Source of the DNA: Mytilus californianus
Lineage: Eukaryota
Assembly: GCF_021869535.1 (NCBI RefSeq)
Contig: NW_026262712.1
Span: 94,488,001 to 94,552,000, forward strand
Length of the DNA stretch: 64,000 nucleotides
Direction: 5' to 3'
The notes beneath the pieces are model-generated. The model did not search any database. It saw only the letters and a list, made by a program, of their open reading frames with translations, and was not told the DNA's origin. How positions within the stretch are numbered: the stretch's first letter is position 1; each line of letters opens with the position of its first letter. The translations under genes and the position numbers were made by a program. This document shows positions 1-12,268 of this stretch, piece by piece.

Positions 1-205
1 AAATAGTTTTCTCTAATTTGAATACTCATAGCTTGAATGTACTTAATTTGTTGAATAAAAAGAACATGGATCAGAGAGAGTATTCTCCTGAATATTATCA
101 TATCGTTTATTCTAGGCAAATGACATAACAAGAAATATTTATTGTTGTTTTATAAAGTCACAGATTTGTCTAAAAAACTATTATTATTTTCGTAAGTAAT
201 GCTAA

Positions 206-374
206 AAGAGAGGCGAAAGATACTAAAGGGACATTCAAACTCGTAAGTCGAAGATAAACTGACAACGCCATGGCTAAAAAAGAATAAGACAAATAGACAA
301 ACAACAGTACCTAATACACAACATAGATAACTAAAGACTGAGCAGTACGAACACCACTAAAAAACTGGGGGTGA
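206..374 (-). mobile_element. Abundant SINE-like interspersed repeat (family A), partial copy
   Basis: AGAGAGGCGAAAGATACTAAAGGGACATTCAAACTC...GACAACGCCATGGC recurs near 1250, 1926, 9741, 16718 and 22915, and inverted at 10067, 17071, 23268 and 45446. Confidence 0.75.
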
Positions 375-389
375 AGGCTAAAGTTCTCA

Positions 390-600
390 AAAAGGTATAA
401 CAAAGTACCGAACTCCCAGAAAAATTCAAAAATGGAAAGTCCACAAAGACTGACAAAATTACACGTTATCAATTAACGGAAAGAGTGGAAAACAAGTGCT
501 ATATTCCTGACTTGGTACAGGCATTTATCGAAGAAAATGATGTGTAAAACCAGGTTTAATAGCTAGATAAAACCCCCAATTGTATGAAAGTTGTTTTTAG
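390..600 (-). mobile_element. SINE-like interspersed repeat (family B), degenerate copy
   Basis: TATTCCTGACTTGGTACAGGCATT is the reverse complement of AATGCCTGTACCAAGTCAGGAATA seen in copies at ~17750-17990 and ~44630-44800; the copy at ~52690-52960 has a variant of it. Confidence 0.6.
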
Positions 601-1125
601 TTCCTTTATTGACAAAATTGTGTGAGCAACCCAAACAGACATAACAGTCTAATGTGACAATAATTTGAATCTAGCAGCTAAAATTGTGTAAACATTCATC
701 AAATACATACAACGTAACGGACTCAAAAATTCATACAAACATACAAATAAATCTCATAAAGAACAAAAAAAGTTGTTGTAGTTGATAGCAAATTTGACAA
801 AGACGCTTTTGTAGTTGATAGCAAATTGACAAAAAAAGCAGATAAAAAGTTTTTCTGGTAGATATTATATCGACAAATACGCCGGTACAATGTCTGTGTA
901 ATTGATAGTACATATAAGATAAACACTTTCTCCAAAAAGTAAAATTTAAGTAAAATATAAATACAATGGTAAACAAAAGGAAAACAACACTGTAAAATAC
1001 TCTTGCTTCCAAATCGCACCTCATGACCAACCTGCATCAAGAACACCCAAAGTAAAAAAATCCGATAGCCATAATAGGACGAAGACGAGTAAAAGGAAAA
1101 GATACACAACTTCAGCACTTAGAAT

Positions 1126-1495
1126 CTATAACTGAAAGAGGTACATGCACTCATTGCAATGTAGGTTACTGAGCGACAAGACATCATCAATATATCTGAA
1201 AGGGAAAATAAAAACCTTGGAAGATGCATTTATCTTTTTGTCTTTGAGAAGAGTGGCGAAAGATACCAAAGTGATGTTCAAACTCATAAGTAGAAAACAA
1301 ACTGACAATGCCATGGTAAAAAACGAAAAACGTCGAAAAGACAAATAATAGTACACTAAACACAACATAGAAAACTAAAGACTGAGCAACTAGAACCCCA
1401 CCAAAAACCAGGGGTGATCTCAGGTGCTCGGGAGGTAAGAAGATCTTGGCACCCATTAGAAGGTTCTGTATGAATTCTGCGTCTTATAAATTAAA
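1126..1495 (-). mobile_element. Penelope-like (Naiad-type) RT fragment interrupted by a family A repeat
   Basis: Minus-strand translation ...KDKKINASSKVFIFPFRYIDDVLSLSNLH retains the RT YIDD motif. DAEFIQNLL lies on the other side of the SINE, at the same insertion site as in the array spacers. Confidence 0.75.
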
Positions 1496-1539
1496 AATAA
1501 TTCTGCACGTAGCAGTGCACAATTGATACCAATTGGAAA

Positions 1540-2190
1540 ACCACCTTTCTGTTGAAATATCATTCAAACAAACTCAATAAATATGTTGAATCACAATACG
1601 ATTCATATATTTTAATCTCTTCGTTTGGGTACATAGCGTTTTTCTTGTTCTTTTGTTTTTACAATACAATCTTGTTTCAACATCGTGTTCTCTTTTTCAT
1701 TGACTAACTTGAGTTTGTTTAATTATGAAATATTGAAAGTTTTTGTAAAAATTAAAAAAAATGAAGGTTTCCCCAGGGACAAAGTCGGTTAATGTTTCAT
1801 AAAAAAATCCTACCAATTCTTTATATTTAACCGACATCCAAATAATACTTCTCTTCTTAGGGCAAGGAATCGTATTGTAAATTTAATTATATTCAAATTG
1901 GTCTTTAACGGTTTTAATAGTATAAGAGAGGCGAAAGATACTAAAGGGACATTTAAACTCATAAACCAAAAATTAACTGACGAAGCCATGACAAAAAGAG
2001 CTATAAATATTTAAGACAGACAAATAACATGAAAACGTTATATATACGACAGGCAAGAACCCGAGCTTGTTTTGCTATATGAAATAGATAATAGATTGAC
2101 CAAAATAAGTTATTTATTCAAAATAAGAGAATACCAAATTTAATTTGCAAATAAAACATTTGACTTGATTAAATTATAATTCATAATTAA
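1540..2190. repeat. Degenerate paralog of the receptor-array spacer
   Basis: Collinear similarity to 10005-10060, 10310-10560 and 11520-11850. Confidence 0.7.
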
Positions 2191-5100
2191 TACGCATTCT
2201 AATACGATAACCTATTTATCGTCAACCAGTATAATCACAGTATATCTACTTTTAGCACAAACGCATTAATACACAACAATGGCTATTCCGCGTTACGCCC
2301 ATCTTATCTATACGATCAGGCGAACTCAATTTTTGACAGTAAACCTACGTTTAACGCAGGTCAAGCTTTGAATACAATACGGTTATCTCTATTTTAATGC
2401 AAAATAAATTATTCAGTCCATTTCAGTTATCATTTCGATGTAAAATGTCATACAATATAAATTCCGCGAAATGATATTATCGTCTTTGGCATCTTTACAA
2501 TGTGACGTCAGATGTATGTTTCCGGTCTCCAATGTAAACACCGGGCATTTTCAGATTTCTTGTACGCCTCATGATGTAATAAGATTAGATAAATAGAACA
2601 TTTATTGGTGAAAAATGTGTGTTTTTTTTTTATTCATGATAGAATAATATTATATTATTATAATGGGGGACGAAACAGCCAAAACAGTATCGTGCGTATA
2701 GGGCTTTCACTGTTGACAAAATTAGCGTATTTGTCCTATCACAGTTGGAAAGCAAGTCCTTGGAAACGTCCGTTGTCGTCAAGCTATATCAGCAACAATA
2801 GCAGGGGGAATTAATTAGGTGACGCTAGAGTCGTCGGTGACGCCAAAAATTCCGCGAAATAAATCGGCTAAAAAATCGACGTTTAAACTATTTTTTCAAC
2901 TTGTCATACTTTTATTATAATTGATTTTTAAAGTTTGTAGAATTTGTGAACAATATAGTTTCAATACGACATTGAAACATTGTCGAAAATAACTTTTATT
3001 TGCTTTTACTTTATCCTGTCCGTTCTCAAAATTATCAGCCATCTTTTTTGTTCGCAAAAAACATCGAATTTATATAACTTGACGTTTGCGTATCCAAATA
3101 CGGAATAGACCGTTAAAAATCTTAAATGAAACCGGGTAAACTATTTCAAATTTCTACACACTTATGAAGCCATCATTTTTTACCCTAATACAACAATTTT
3201 AGTGACCGCCAGTCATGTCAATTTGTAGCTGGTTTTGGCTGATTTTCTAGTTCAAAACAGTGAATGTTCAGCTTCTTTTCATTGTACCTGTTTCCAAAGT
3301 ACTCTAAAATACTGATTTTATTAGAGATATGAATGAAATTGTAATTAAGAATTGTTGTTTTTCACAATTCCATACGATATCTCCATTTCAAAGTGACTAA
3401 AACCCTTCTTGATCCCCTACACAAATAGACGGTGACATTGTTTTCTTTTTTCAATATACGTCATATAACGTTAACAAAATATGTGTGGGGGTCATGTGCA
3501 TAGTGAAAATTTACACATTGGAAAAGTGAAACAAAGATCATCTTTATTGTGTTTGAAACTGTACGTCTTATAAAATTTCTTTCATACTGGAAACAAATCT
3601 GACATATCAATGAATGGACAAAAACACAAAAAATAGCAAGAGAAGATGCCTTGCAAAATTTCTGGAGGAAAAAAACATATGAAAAAGGAAATGAAGGTCA
3701 GTCAATTATACTAATAAGTTAAAAACCTTCCTTATTTGATTATCTCTGACTTTATTAAATAAGCTACAGTAATAAGTGCAAAAACTTGCATATCAAGTCA
3801 AACAAGAAATTTAATTCATAGAGATGTTTTCTTACAAAATTGAATTTATTCACATGGCAAATTCTTATCTTTCACAACCATTATAAGTTAAAGGCACAAG
3901 ATTTGTTTTACCAACTATCATTTGTGATATAAATTTCCAATTATTAATTAGATAAAAAATATCCAATACTCTGTTTTAAAATATGTATACCAGCTGATAC
4001 AGCAACCTGAAGAGTAGAAGCCCCATTTTTTTTTCAAAAAGTTTACTTTCTTAATCTAGAAAATAACCTCAGAAATTTGGCAAGGGCTACTAACTGTGCT
4101 TGCTATTCTAATTATTGAATTTTACAATAATAATGATTTTAAAATTCAAAATTATGTCACTTATCATTTTAAGTATTATTTTTTACAGACTTTCTTTCAA
4201 AATTTTTGATAAACAGATCATTTTTCTGTAGGATAATTTCTAGGCAGTACTGTACTGTTCAACTAAGAAACATAGGATTGACCTAAAAGGTTTTTTTACT
4301 TAGAAGAAACTATTGTGACTCATGGTCCCACTTTTTAGAATATAACATTTAAATGATCAGTATTATTTATTATTTTTATTTCAAAAAGATTATTTAAATT
4401 ATATAAAGTATGTTTTATTGCATTAAACATTGTTAGAAGTATTTAAAAGAATTTCTACTAGGAGTGATCCCATATCCCATTATAAAAATTACATATTTAA
4501 ATTTCATCAGCCAGAGCTAATTTATATCAATTCAGCTAGGTTTCTGGATGACATTTCTACATTTTTACCAATTTTTTGTCTTCTAATTTTTACCACTAAT
4601 CCTTTTCTGAAAAGTAGGGAAGTATCTCTTCTTAATATTATAATAACATACTTGTAAATCGAATTTCATCTATTTTCTTCTTGATTTTTTTAAAGTAAAC
4701 TCCTTTTTATTTTTTTGCTGGATTTTTATTTTTGACTGGTGATATCAAGGGGAGATAACCACTTGCACAAATCGGCAAAAAAAAAACCGCTTCGTGTTGA
4801 AAATAACTTGACGTTTGCGTATCCAAAACTCTATTGCCTAGATATTCATATCGAGTGTTTGTCTTGATGAGATGCTTTATCAAATTTAAATTAAGCCCAT
4901 CATTTTTAGTTTCTTCGATAATATCTAGATTTTTCGATCAAGAGACTTGACAATTTTCACACAAATTTCAAGTCTGAAGGTAAAATTAAGAAAGAAGGAC
5001 TTTTAGTTGACGTGTAAGTTTTGTCGAGTAATAAACTATGTATATTCAAGATTATTTAAATCAATAAGTTTTTATCATGACAGTGGTATTTTATTGAGTA

Positions 5101-5213
5101 AAAATGAGGTTTGTCTCAGTCGTTGTTTTTTACAGAATTTTCACGGTCATGTGACTCTATTGTTGCTGATAAACTTGGGGTCAACCGTGACCTGCTTTCC
5201 AACTGTTAGAATC

Positions 5214-5380
5214 GAAATAATTCATGGCAGCCGTAAATTTGTTTTCATTTAACCATGGGTTCCCGGTTGGGCATTTATATTCGTATTTTACCCCTATCTT
5301 TCGCTCGGGATCAAATAATTAAATAAATGCCCATCCCATGGTTAAATGAAAACAAATCAACGGCTGCCATGAATTATTTC
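5214..5380. repeat. Foldback palindrome (MITE-like), ~167 bp
   Basis: GAAATAATTCATGGCAGCCGT..ATTTGTTTTCATTTAACCATGGG pairs with CCCATGGTTAAATGAAAACAAAT..ACGGCTGCCATGAATTATTTC; inner arms GGGCATTTAT/ATAAATGCCC. Confidence 0.8.
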
Positions 5381-6519
5381 TTATCAACTAAAAGCAACCA
5401 ATTTAAAAGTTGCAAAAATTAGCAAAGAAAGTGGGAAGAAAAATATGTCCCACAAGCATGAAAATGTATACCTCTTTACTCCTCTATATTCATTTGAAGG
5501 TAATATGATTTTATAAGCATAAACACTCCTTGATGGTAATTAATTCAATTACTTCAAATTATTATATCACTGGTATTATAACGACATTTTGTGCATTTAA
5601 AGTTCAAACTAACGTATTTGTCATAATACGTTTGGCATTTTGCATTTTTCAATTGATGTCTAGCAGATCATCAAATGAATGGTACTTTAAATCAGTAAAT
5701 AAACAAAAAGCAATGACACATCTATTATCTCGGTATGCTAAATACACATGTTATATTTCATTTCTATATTAGCATATACATTACAGACTATATAGAAGTA
5801 AATTACTCAATTCCCTCGTTTACAAATATAAAATCGTGTATCTTCAAATGTGATAACTATGTGAATGATAAAGTCTATCTATATTACGAACAAGCATTTT
5901 TTTCCCTTTTATCCAAGACCTTGTGACATTTAAAAAATGAGTAGTGTTGATGACTGTATAACAATATTTTATTCCATACAAATCGTTTATATTAATAAAT
6001 TTCTGGAAAGTAATCCGTTAAAACATATATTGCTGTCAAGACATGTACTTTCTCCTTTGCTTTAGTCTTCTTAACATTATTTAAAAGTATGTTTATCGGA
6101 AATATTGGTTCTTTATGTACTATTAATTTAAACCTCAAGTTTTCAGCCATTTTCTTTACTTTTGTACAGCAACTTTCTTGCGTATTATTTGTACAACGAA
6201 TATTCTAAAAGTCGTTCTGTTCTTTCAATTTCTATATCAATTGGAAACAAAGGAGGTGGTATTATAATGGTCAAACTTTGGCCCTGAAATTCCAAAAATA
6301 AAACAACTGTAAAATCTTCCAAGCCTTGTGTTAAGACATCTTGTAACAAAATATTCGTCGTTTTAATACTGATGTTTGCTATACCAATGTCAGGTGAATA
6401 TCTGAAGGTTATTTTTCAATATTTTCTTGTTGTGTCTTTTCGAATTCAAGCGAACCTTTAAGTGGCCCTTTCGTATATTTTCATTTCCTTGAAAATCTTG
6501 TTTGCTGTACTGTATTTAT

Positions 6520-7767
6520 TTAAATCGACTTTGTAACAACAACGAAGAATAACACTGCACTAACTGAGATTCCTCCAAATGAAACCCATAAAAAGATTGT
6601 ATTAAGTGTTAAACAGATGTCGTTCCATGAAACATCCTTCCTGTCGTTAGTAGTTAAACTTTCGTTACCATTCACATTTGAATTTGGACGATTTGATGTA
6701 TCGTTTAATATAAAACTCCAATCTCTGTCTGTTCTTGTTTTATCACGTCTACAAAACAATACCAGCCGTTTTAAAAAAGATGGTATGTGACGATTCTTAT
6801 CGTTCAGTTGAAACCTAAGACATAGAATAGTGCAAAAACATATCAAAGAACTGAACACGAGGCCAAACATCAGAAAGTAGCTTAGTAAAGACATTGGTTC
6901 AGATGTTTTAGGCAGGTTATCTCCTATCAAAGTCAGAAATACAGCTATTGCAAGTAATACAGTTATAGCATATGAAACTCGTTCTCCTGAGTTTGGAGGT
7001 GAAACAAATACGCATGCATTTAACAACATCAGAAATCTAACAGGAAGTACAATGTTTACAACATAAAAACCTGGACGTCTCTTCATTGAAATAGACATAT
7101 CAATGAATGACAAACCAATCGAAACATCTACTACTAGTATACTTTTGGCAGACGCGGAATTTATCTTTCAACTCCCATGTTCCGTATAATAATTCAGGTT
7201 AATGTCAGAAAATGACTGCAACACAATTTCAATTGACGAAGATCCCCATGCCATCAAACGTATTGTACAAGTCTGTTCGTCAAACGTGAAGTAAGTTATA
7301 TCCACACTACATGAACTAATTAAAATTTCACCTGGTGTCCAGTATGCAAAACCATTGCTAGAATACCTTACCGTCATAAAATCTTTCCCAATCTTTTTGA
7401 TTTTACTGAACGGATTTGTAATAACAAGTGATGGTTTCCATATATCATCTTGTAAAAACAACATAGTTTTCGTATCATTGTAGTCTAGTGGATTCCAAGT
7501 CATTCTTGAATCATACCATGTGATTCGAAAAAATCCAATGACGGCATATTTTCCGTTAACTTCGTCAAATTCTTGAATGGCACCCAAATTGAAAGAAACA
7601 TTAATTTGTGAAGCAACTGATTGGTCATCTCCTGGTCTAATCTTTTTATTGTAGTCCATTGCCATTTTTGTATATAATCTGTTAACATCAGATAGGGTAG
7701 AGCCAAAATTAGGTTTTCCACTATTTAGCAAAAGCAGCAGAAAAAGTATCAGTTTAATCCACGCCAT
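6520..7767 (-). pseudogene. Intronless nAChR-like Cys-loop receptor, copy 1, with in-frame nonsense codon
   Basis: ORFs 7168..7767 and 6520..7113 are in one frame, separated by TGA at 7170-7168 where paralogs have TGG (HGSW). Also a 6-nt in-frame insertion in loop C, FPFD->FTFD, PVIF->PVRF in TM1 and VLPP->VSPP. Confidence 0.9.
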
Positions 7768-8717
7768 TTGTCACATTTGTACTGTTACCACTTTGTTGTC
7801 AAATTTTAGATATAACAATGTTTTCGAATATCTAAATCATTGTACATAATCAGTCCATGAATAGTTAAATAATGAAATTAAGATTTCCTCATTAGTAGCC
7901 AACTGGTTTTTTTTTCGTATGTAGTCTGTGAATCGAATACTATTTACTTATTCATCTATTATCATCAGTGTCAATATACGAACTGTTACATCCTTTTTCT
8001 TCCAATGTATACCGTGCAGATTCTATGCCTATTTTTAATATACAGTTTTGTATCACTGTCTAAAAACAATAATATCCTCCTTCGACAGAAATAAACTCTT
8101 ACAAAGTACATGTTGATTGTCGAAACTTGAACGACTCAAACAATTGTATATGCTCATTATTCATATGTCCATCTGTATGTAATTTAACACTTAGTCGATT
8201 TAATCATTAAAACTTTTTTAGGTAATCAATACAATTAATAGAAGTTATTATATTTCAAATATTATAAAGAAATTTGTGTTCATGGTTATTACTGTTATAA
8301 TACGTTTGGGAATTTACGTTAAACACTTACTGTCCAGGAAATCTTCAAATAAATGGTTGAAAATCAGTAAATGGAAAACATCGATTAAATAACTTAAACA
8401 ATGCAGTGTTAACATAGTATTTCTATATGGCACCAGTCAAACGTTTAGTCAGTTGATATTTACACGTTTTCTTAATTACAACATGATTGTTTTTTGACAC
8501 TGAGGGCCTTGTTTTAACTTTTTTCTGTATATTTGCAGTAACGTTTGATTTAATGTTCCACTCAAAAGTTTCGCGTATTTACAGTATACTGTTATAGCAT
8601 CACTGATGTATACCCAACATTTCCTTTCATTTATAATATGATTACATTTTCATATAGCTAAAAAATTTTGAGAGCTCAACCAAAATATGGAGGGAAGAAA
8701 GATATTAGTAATCCAAA

Positions 8718-8945
8718 CTAAAATCCTACCAAAGTAAAAGCTATTATTAGTTGAGAAACGTCATTCTCCATACGCGGATGAAGTTGGTGAATTGCTGTTA
8801 AGGTGAGAAAAAATATCATTTCAGAATTGAAATCGTCTCGTTTGTCAAAGATTCTGTTACTGGGATAACGTCCGTTGTCAAATTCGAGGTAAATGTCTAG
8901 AAATGAGGCGGAGGAAACCGATGCGTACATCTAATAAACCGATTA
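8718..8945 (-). mobile_element. Short Naiad-type Penelope RT remnant (also ~15700-15905 and ~22000-22190)
   Basis: SASFLDIYLEFDNG..RIFDKRDDFN resembles ASYLDLFLNIYTDG..KVYDKRDDFNF of the RT at 51182..51796. Confidence 0.75.
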
Positions 8946-9060
8946 CGATTTTGTAGATCAAAGTGAAAAAAAACAAAAATCAAAGAAATTACATTTACTC
9001 CAAAAGGAGCGAGGTCTGGTGTGTTGACATCGTAATAACATAAACGGTACAAATTTTTCT

Positions 9061-9104
9061 GCACCAGATGCGCATTTCGACAATCAATGTCTCTTCAGTG
9101 ATGC
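9061..9104 (-). ncRNA. Type I hammerhead ribozyme, family 1, intact
   Basis: Minus strand GCATCA CTGAAGA GACA-TTGAT-TGTC GAAA TGCGCA TC^ TGGTGC: helix I 6 bp, core CUGANGA, helix II 4 bp, GAAA, palindromic helix III, AUC cleavage triplet. Confidence 0.85.
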
Positions 9105-9199
9105 TCGAGGCCAAAAGTGAGTAAGTGTCTCCTGCTTTTTATACACCTCCCTCTGTGTGAATCCACACTCAGTCCAAATGTTACAGTTTGAAATAGAAC

Positions 9200-10020
9200 A
9201 CCATCGGTAATATTACAGATCAGACGATTATTCCGGTATCTAAAGATCTTAGACCGTGGAAACATGTCGTTAGTGAGTTAAGATACACGCACATCGGTTC
9301 TGTTTACCAAATTTGTGATGGTGACCGTAAAACTTACGTCGTTTCGATTTCTGTTCTTCTTGCTCATAGTCCTGTAAAACTGATGTTTGTCTAAGGAGCA
9401 CAATATAACATACGTATAGTGTGAATGTTCACGATCGTACAGTAGTAAATTAGATATGTAAACGCCATAATAGTGGTAGAGGGTATGTTACTGTTAAGAA
9501 ATGGGCAGATGACAATTGGAAAGTTGAAATAATCACATTTGTTATTAATTCTGGTTTGAAATTGTCCATGTATGTCGAGATTGAAGAAAGAAGGAAATGA
9601 AGTAGACCTTCTATATTCGGTGTCCCAAATCTCAAGTTCACTGCAATGTGGATTATTGAGCAACAAGACAAAAAATTCAATATAAGTGAAAGCGAAAATA
9701 AAAAACCTTGGAAAATGTATTTTTCTTTTTGCCTTTGAGAAGTGAGGCAAAAGATATCGAAGGGATATTCAAACTCATAAGTCGAAAACAAACTGATAAT
9801 GCTATGGCAAAAAACGAAAAACGACGAAAAGACAATCAGCAGAAAACAAAACACAACATAGATAACTAAAAAGTGAGTAACACGAGCCCAACCGAAACCG
9901 GGGATGATCTCAGGTGCTCCGGAAGGGTAAGCAGATCCTTTTCTGCAGGTGGCACCAATGAGAAGGTCCTGTATAAATTCTGCTTCCTTTAACATAAAAA
10001 TAACCAACTTTCTGTTGAAG
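9200..10020 (-). mobile_element. 3' part of Naiad-type Penelope RT, decayed, with family A SINE inserted
   Basis: EAEFIQDLL / LLNNPHCSELEIWDT / DYFNFPIVICPFLNSNIPS / RKFYGHHH match the RT at 51182..51796. Confidence 0.8.
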
Positions 10021-10290
10021 TATTATTCCACCAAACTCAACAAATATATTGAATCGCAATCAAGGAGTAACACGACGGGTGTCACACGTGGAGCGGGATC
10101 TGCCTACCCTTCTGGAGCACCTGAGATCAACCCCATTCTTCGTGGGGTTCTTGTTGCTCAGTCTTTGGTTTTCTACGTTGTGTTTTGTTTTTTGTTGTTT
10201 GTCTGTTTGTCTTTTTCGTTTTTTGCCATGGCGTTGTCAGTTTATTTTCGACTTAAGTTTGAATGTCCCTTTGGTATCCTTCGCCTCTCT
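9741..10290. repeat. Inverted pair of family A SINE-like repeats (also 16718-17270 and 22915-23490)
   Basis: 9741-9957 and 10067-10290 are opposite-orientation copies about 110 bp apart. Confidence 0.85.
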
Positions 10291-10570
10291 TTTTATATTC
10301 CTATATTTGAATCTCTCCGTTAGGGTACATCGCTTTTTTTTTCTTTTTACAATACAATCTTGTTTCAACATCGCGTTCTCTTGTTCATTGACCAACTGAA
10401 GTTGTTTCATTATGAAACATTAAGTTTCTGTAAAAAAATCTGAAGGTTTCCCCAGGAACAAAGTTGGTTAATGGTTCAATAAAAACCACCTGTTCTTTAT
10501 ATTGAACTGAAATCTAAATAATTCATTTCTTCTTAGACCACGGAATAGTATTGTAAATATATATATATAA

Positions 10571-10997
10571 AGAATGTGTTTTCAGCCTTGTATCACCATC
10601 ACTGGTGATCCGATGGATAAAACCTCTCATAGAGTTGTCACTGGTTCAGACGTACTTATAATATACTGTGACTGCATCCTACATTAATTTGTAAGATCCT
10701 TTACGATAGATAATTCAGCTGATCTGTAAAAATTCCATGTTCATTCCTTATATATCATGTACTGTGTTTCGACGCTAGATTAAAACTGACGAGGAAAGGT
10801 AACACCCGGCCACCGAAAGCTTTATTATTGTAGAGCCTAGGTGGTCGAGTGGTGTAGCGCGTCGGGCACAGTGCAAGGCGATTTGGTGCCACGATATCTC
10901 TGTAGCATGAGTTCCTATCCCGGCCAGGGAACAACAAAAAATTTGCTTCCGCAAATTTACAGATCTAACATTGTTGGGCTGTTATTTAGACGAATTG
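10571..10997 (+). mobile_element. Composite element with internal tRNA-like segment, inserted in a (TA)n run
   Basis: A-box-like TGGTCGAGTGG (10842-10852), B-box-like GAGTTCCTATCC (10909-10920), hairpin AAATTTGC-TTCC-GCAAATTT. Empty (TA)n site at ~17540-17580. Confidence 0.7.
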
Positions 10998-11367
10998 TAT
11001 ATAAATATACAAGTCTAAATTGAAAACAACGTTCAAACCTATGATTGCGCTGAATAAAAACCGCAATCTTTAATTTTTATACGTGTGTATGCAAAAAAAA
11101 AATTCTTGGTAGAGGGGTCTAAATACAGCACAAACAACATTTTCCAAAAGACCAAAAAAGTGAAAAAGTATATTTTAACAAAACGCATATAACTAGCAGG
11201 TGGAACAACGGATGTTCTTAAACCCTGCAGACTGCTATTGGCAATTGCCAAATAAACGGATAACAAGCTGTAACAAAATGGATCTTAATTATTAATTTAA
11301 TACCAAACAGAAAACAATAAACTTCCGGAAAAGATGGTATACCGTAAACAAAAGGTGCAAAATAAGT

Positions 11368-11411
11368 ACACCATATCCGGATTTCGACAATTAATGTCTC
11401 TTAAGTGATGT
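11368..11411 (-). ncRNA. Type I hammerhead ribozyme, family 2, core-mutated (probably inactive)
   Basis: ACATCA CTTAAGA GACATTAATTGTC GAAA TCCGGA TA^ TGGTGT; core G changed to T. Confidence 0.6.
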
Positions 11412-12268
11412 TAGGAATCGAAACGGTATTTGGAAGCCATATAATTGTCCTCAATTTAGGATAGACTCGCGAATTTGGAAGAGTTGAAATAGGATGAACG
11501 GATCATATATATATATATTGGTACTTCACGATTTTGATAGTATAAGTGAGGCGAAAGATACCAAAATGGAAATCAAATTCATCAACCGAAAATAAACTGA
11601 CGACGCCTTGGCAAAAAAATCTGTAAAAATTTAAAACAGACAAACGTAAAAAATATTAATCTAGGCAAGAAGCCGAACTTGTTTTGCTATATGATATAAA
11701 TAATAACAAGACTGACCACAATACGTCTTTTATTCAAAATGAGACTATTTCAAATTTAATTTGCAAATAAAACATTTGTTATTCCAAATTTAATTTGCAA
11801 ATCAAAACATTTGACTTCAAAATTCTTAATTGTGATTAAAATATAATTCATAAGAAATAAGAAATAATATCAACTAAAAGAAACCAATTTAAAAGTTGCA
11901 AAAAATAGTATAGAAGGTGGGAAGAAAACTCTGGCCCACAAGCATGAAAATATATACATACTTTCTCCTGTATATTAATTTGTAGGTTATATGATGTTAT
12001 AAGCACAAAAACTCATTAAAGGTAATTAATTGAATAACTGCAAATTATTAAATCCCTGGTGATAAAACGACATTTCTAGTAATAATAAAGTTTAAACTAA
12101 CGTACTTGTCTTTATACAATTGGAGTTTTTCATTTTATAATTAATATCCTGCAAATTATCGAATAAAATGATATTTACAATCAGTAAATGATCAGAAAGC
12201 GATGATACAGCTATTATCTCGGTATGCTAAATACCCGCTTTATTTTTTTCATTTCTATAATAACATAA

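Noticed and set aside
723-1118. 131-aa and 99-aa minus-strand ORFs
   Set aside because: Compositionally biased, containing a short direct repeat, with no domain motif.
7168-7170. In-frame TGA as selenocysteine or programmed readthrough
   Set aside because: It replaces a conserved Trp, paralogs have TGG, other damaging substitutions are present, and no SECIS was recognised.
9450-10399. ORFs 9450..10007, 9949..10323, 10049..10399 and paralogs as host genes
   Set aside because: They are chance frames through SINE and decayed RT sequence, with low-complexity F/V/C composition.
10786-10840. Hammerhead-like CTGACGA...GAAA with a pairable GCTTTA/TAGAGC stem (also ~24017)
   Set aside because: No U at the cleavage-site position after helix III (C instead), no helix I, and the second copy loses the helix II closing pair.
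10835-10930. Functional tRNA gene
   Set aside because: Degenerate B-box, no convincing cloverleaf or anticodon arm, and embedded in a mobile insert.
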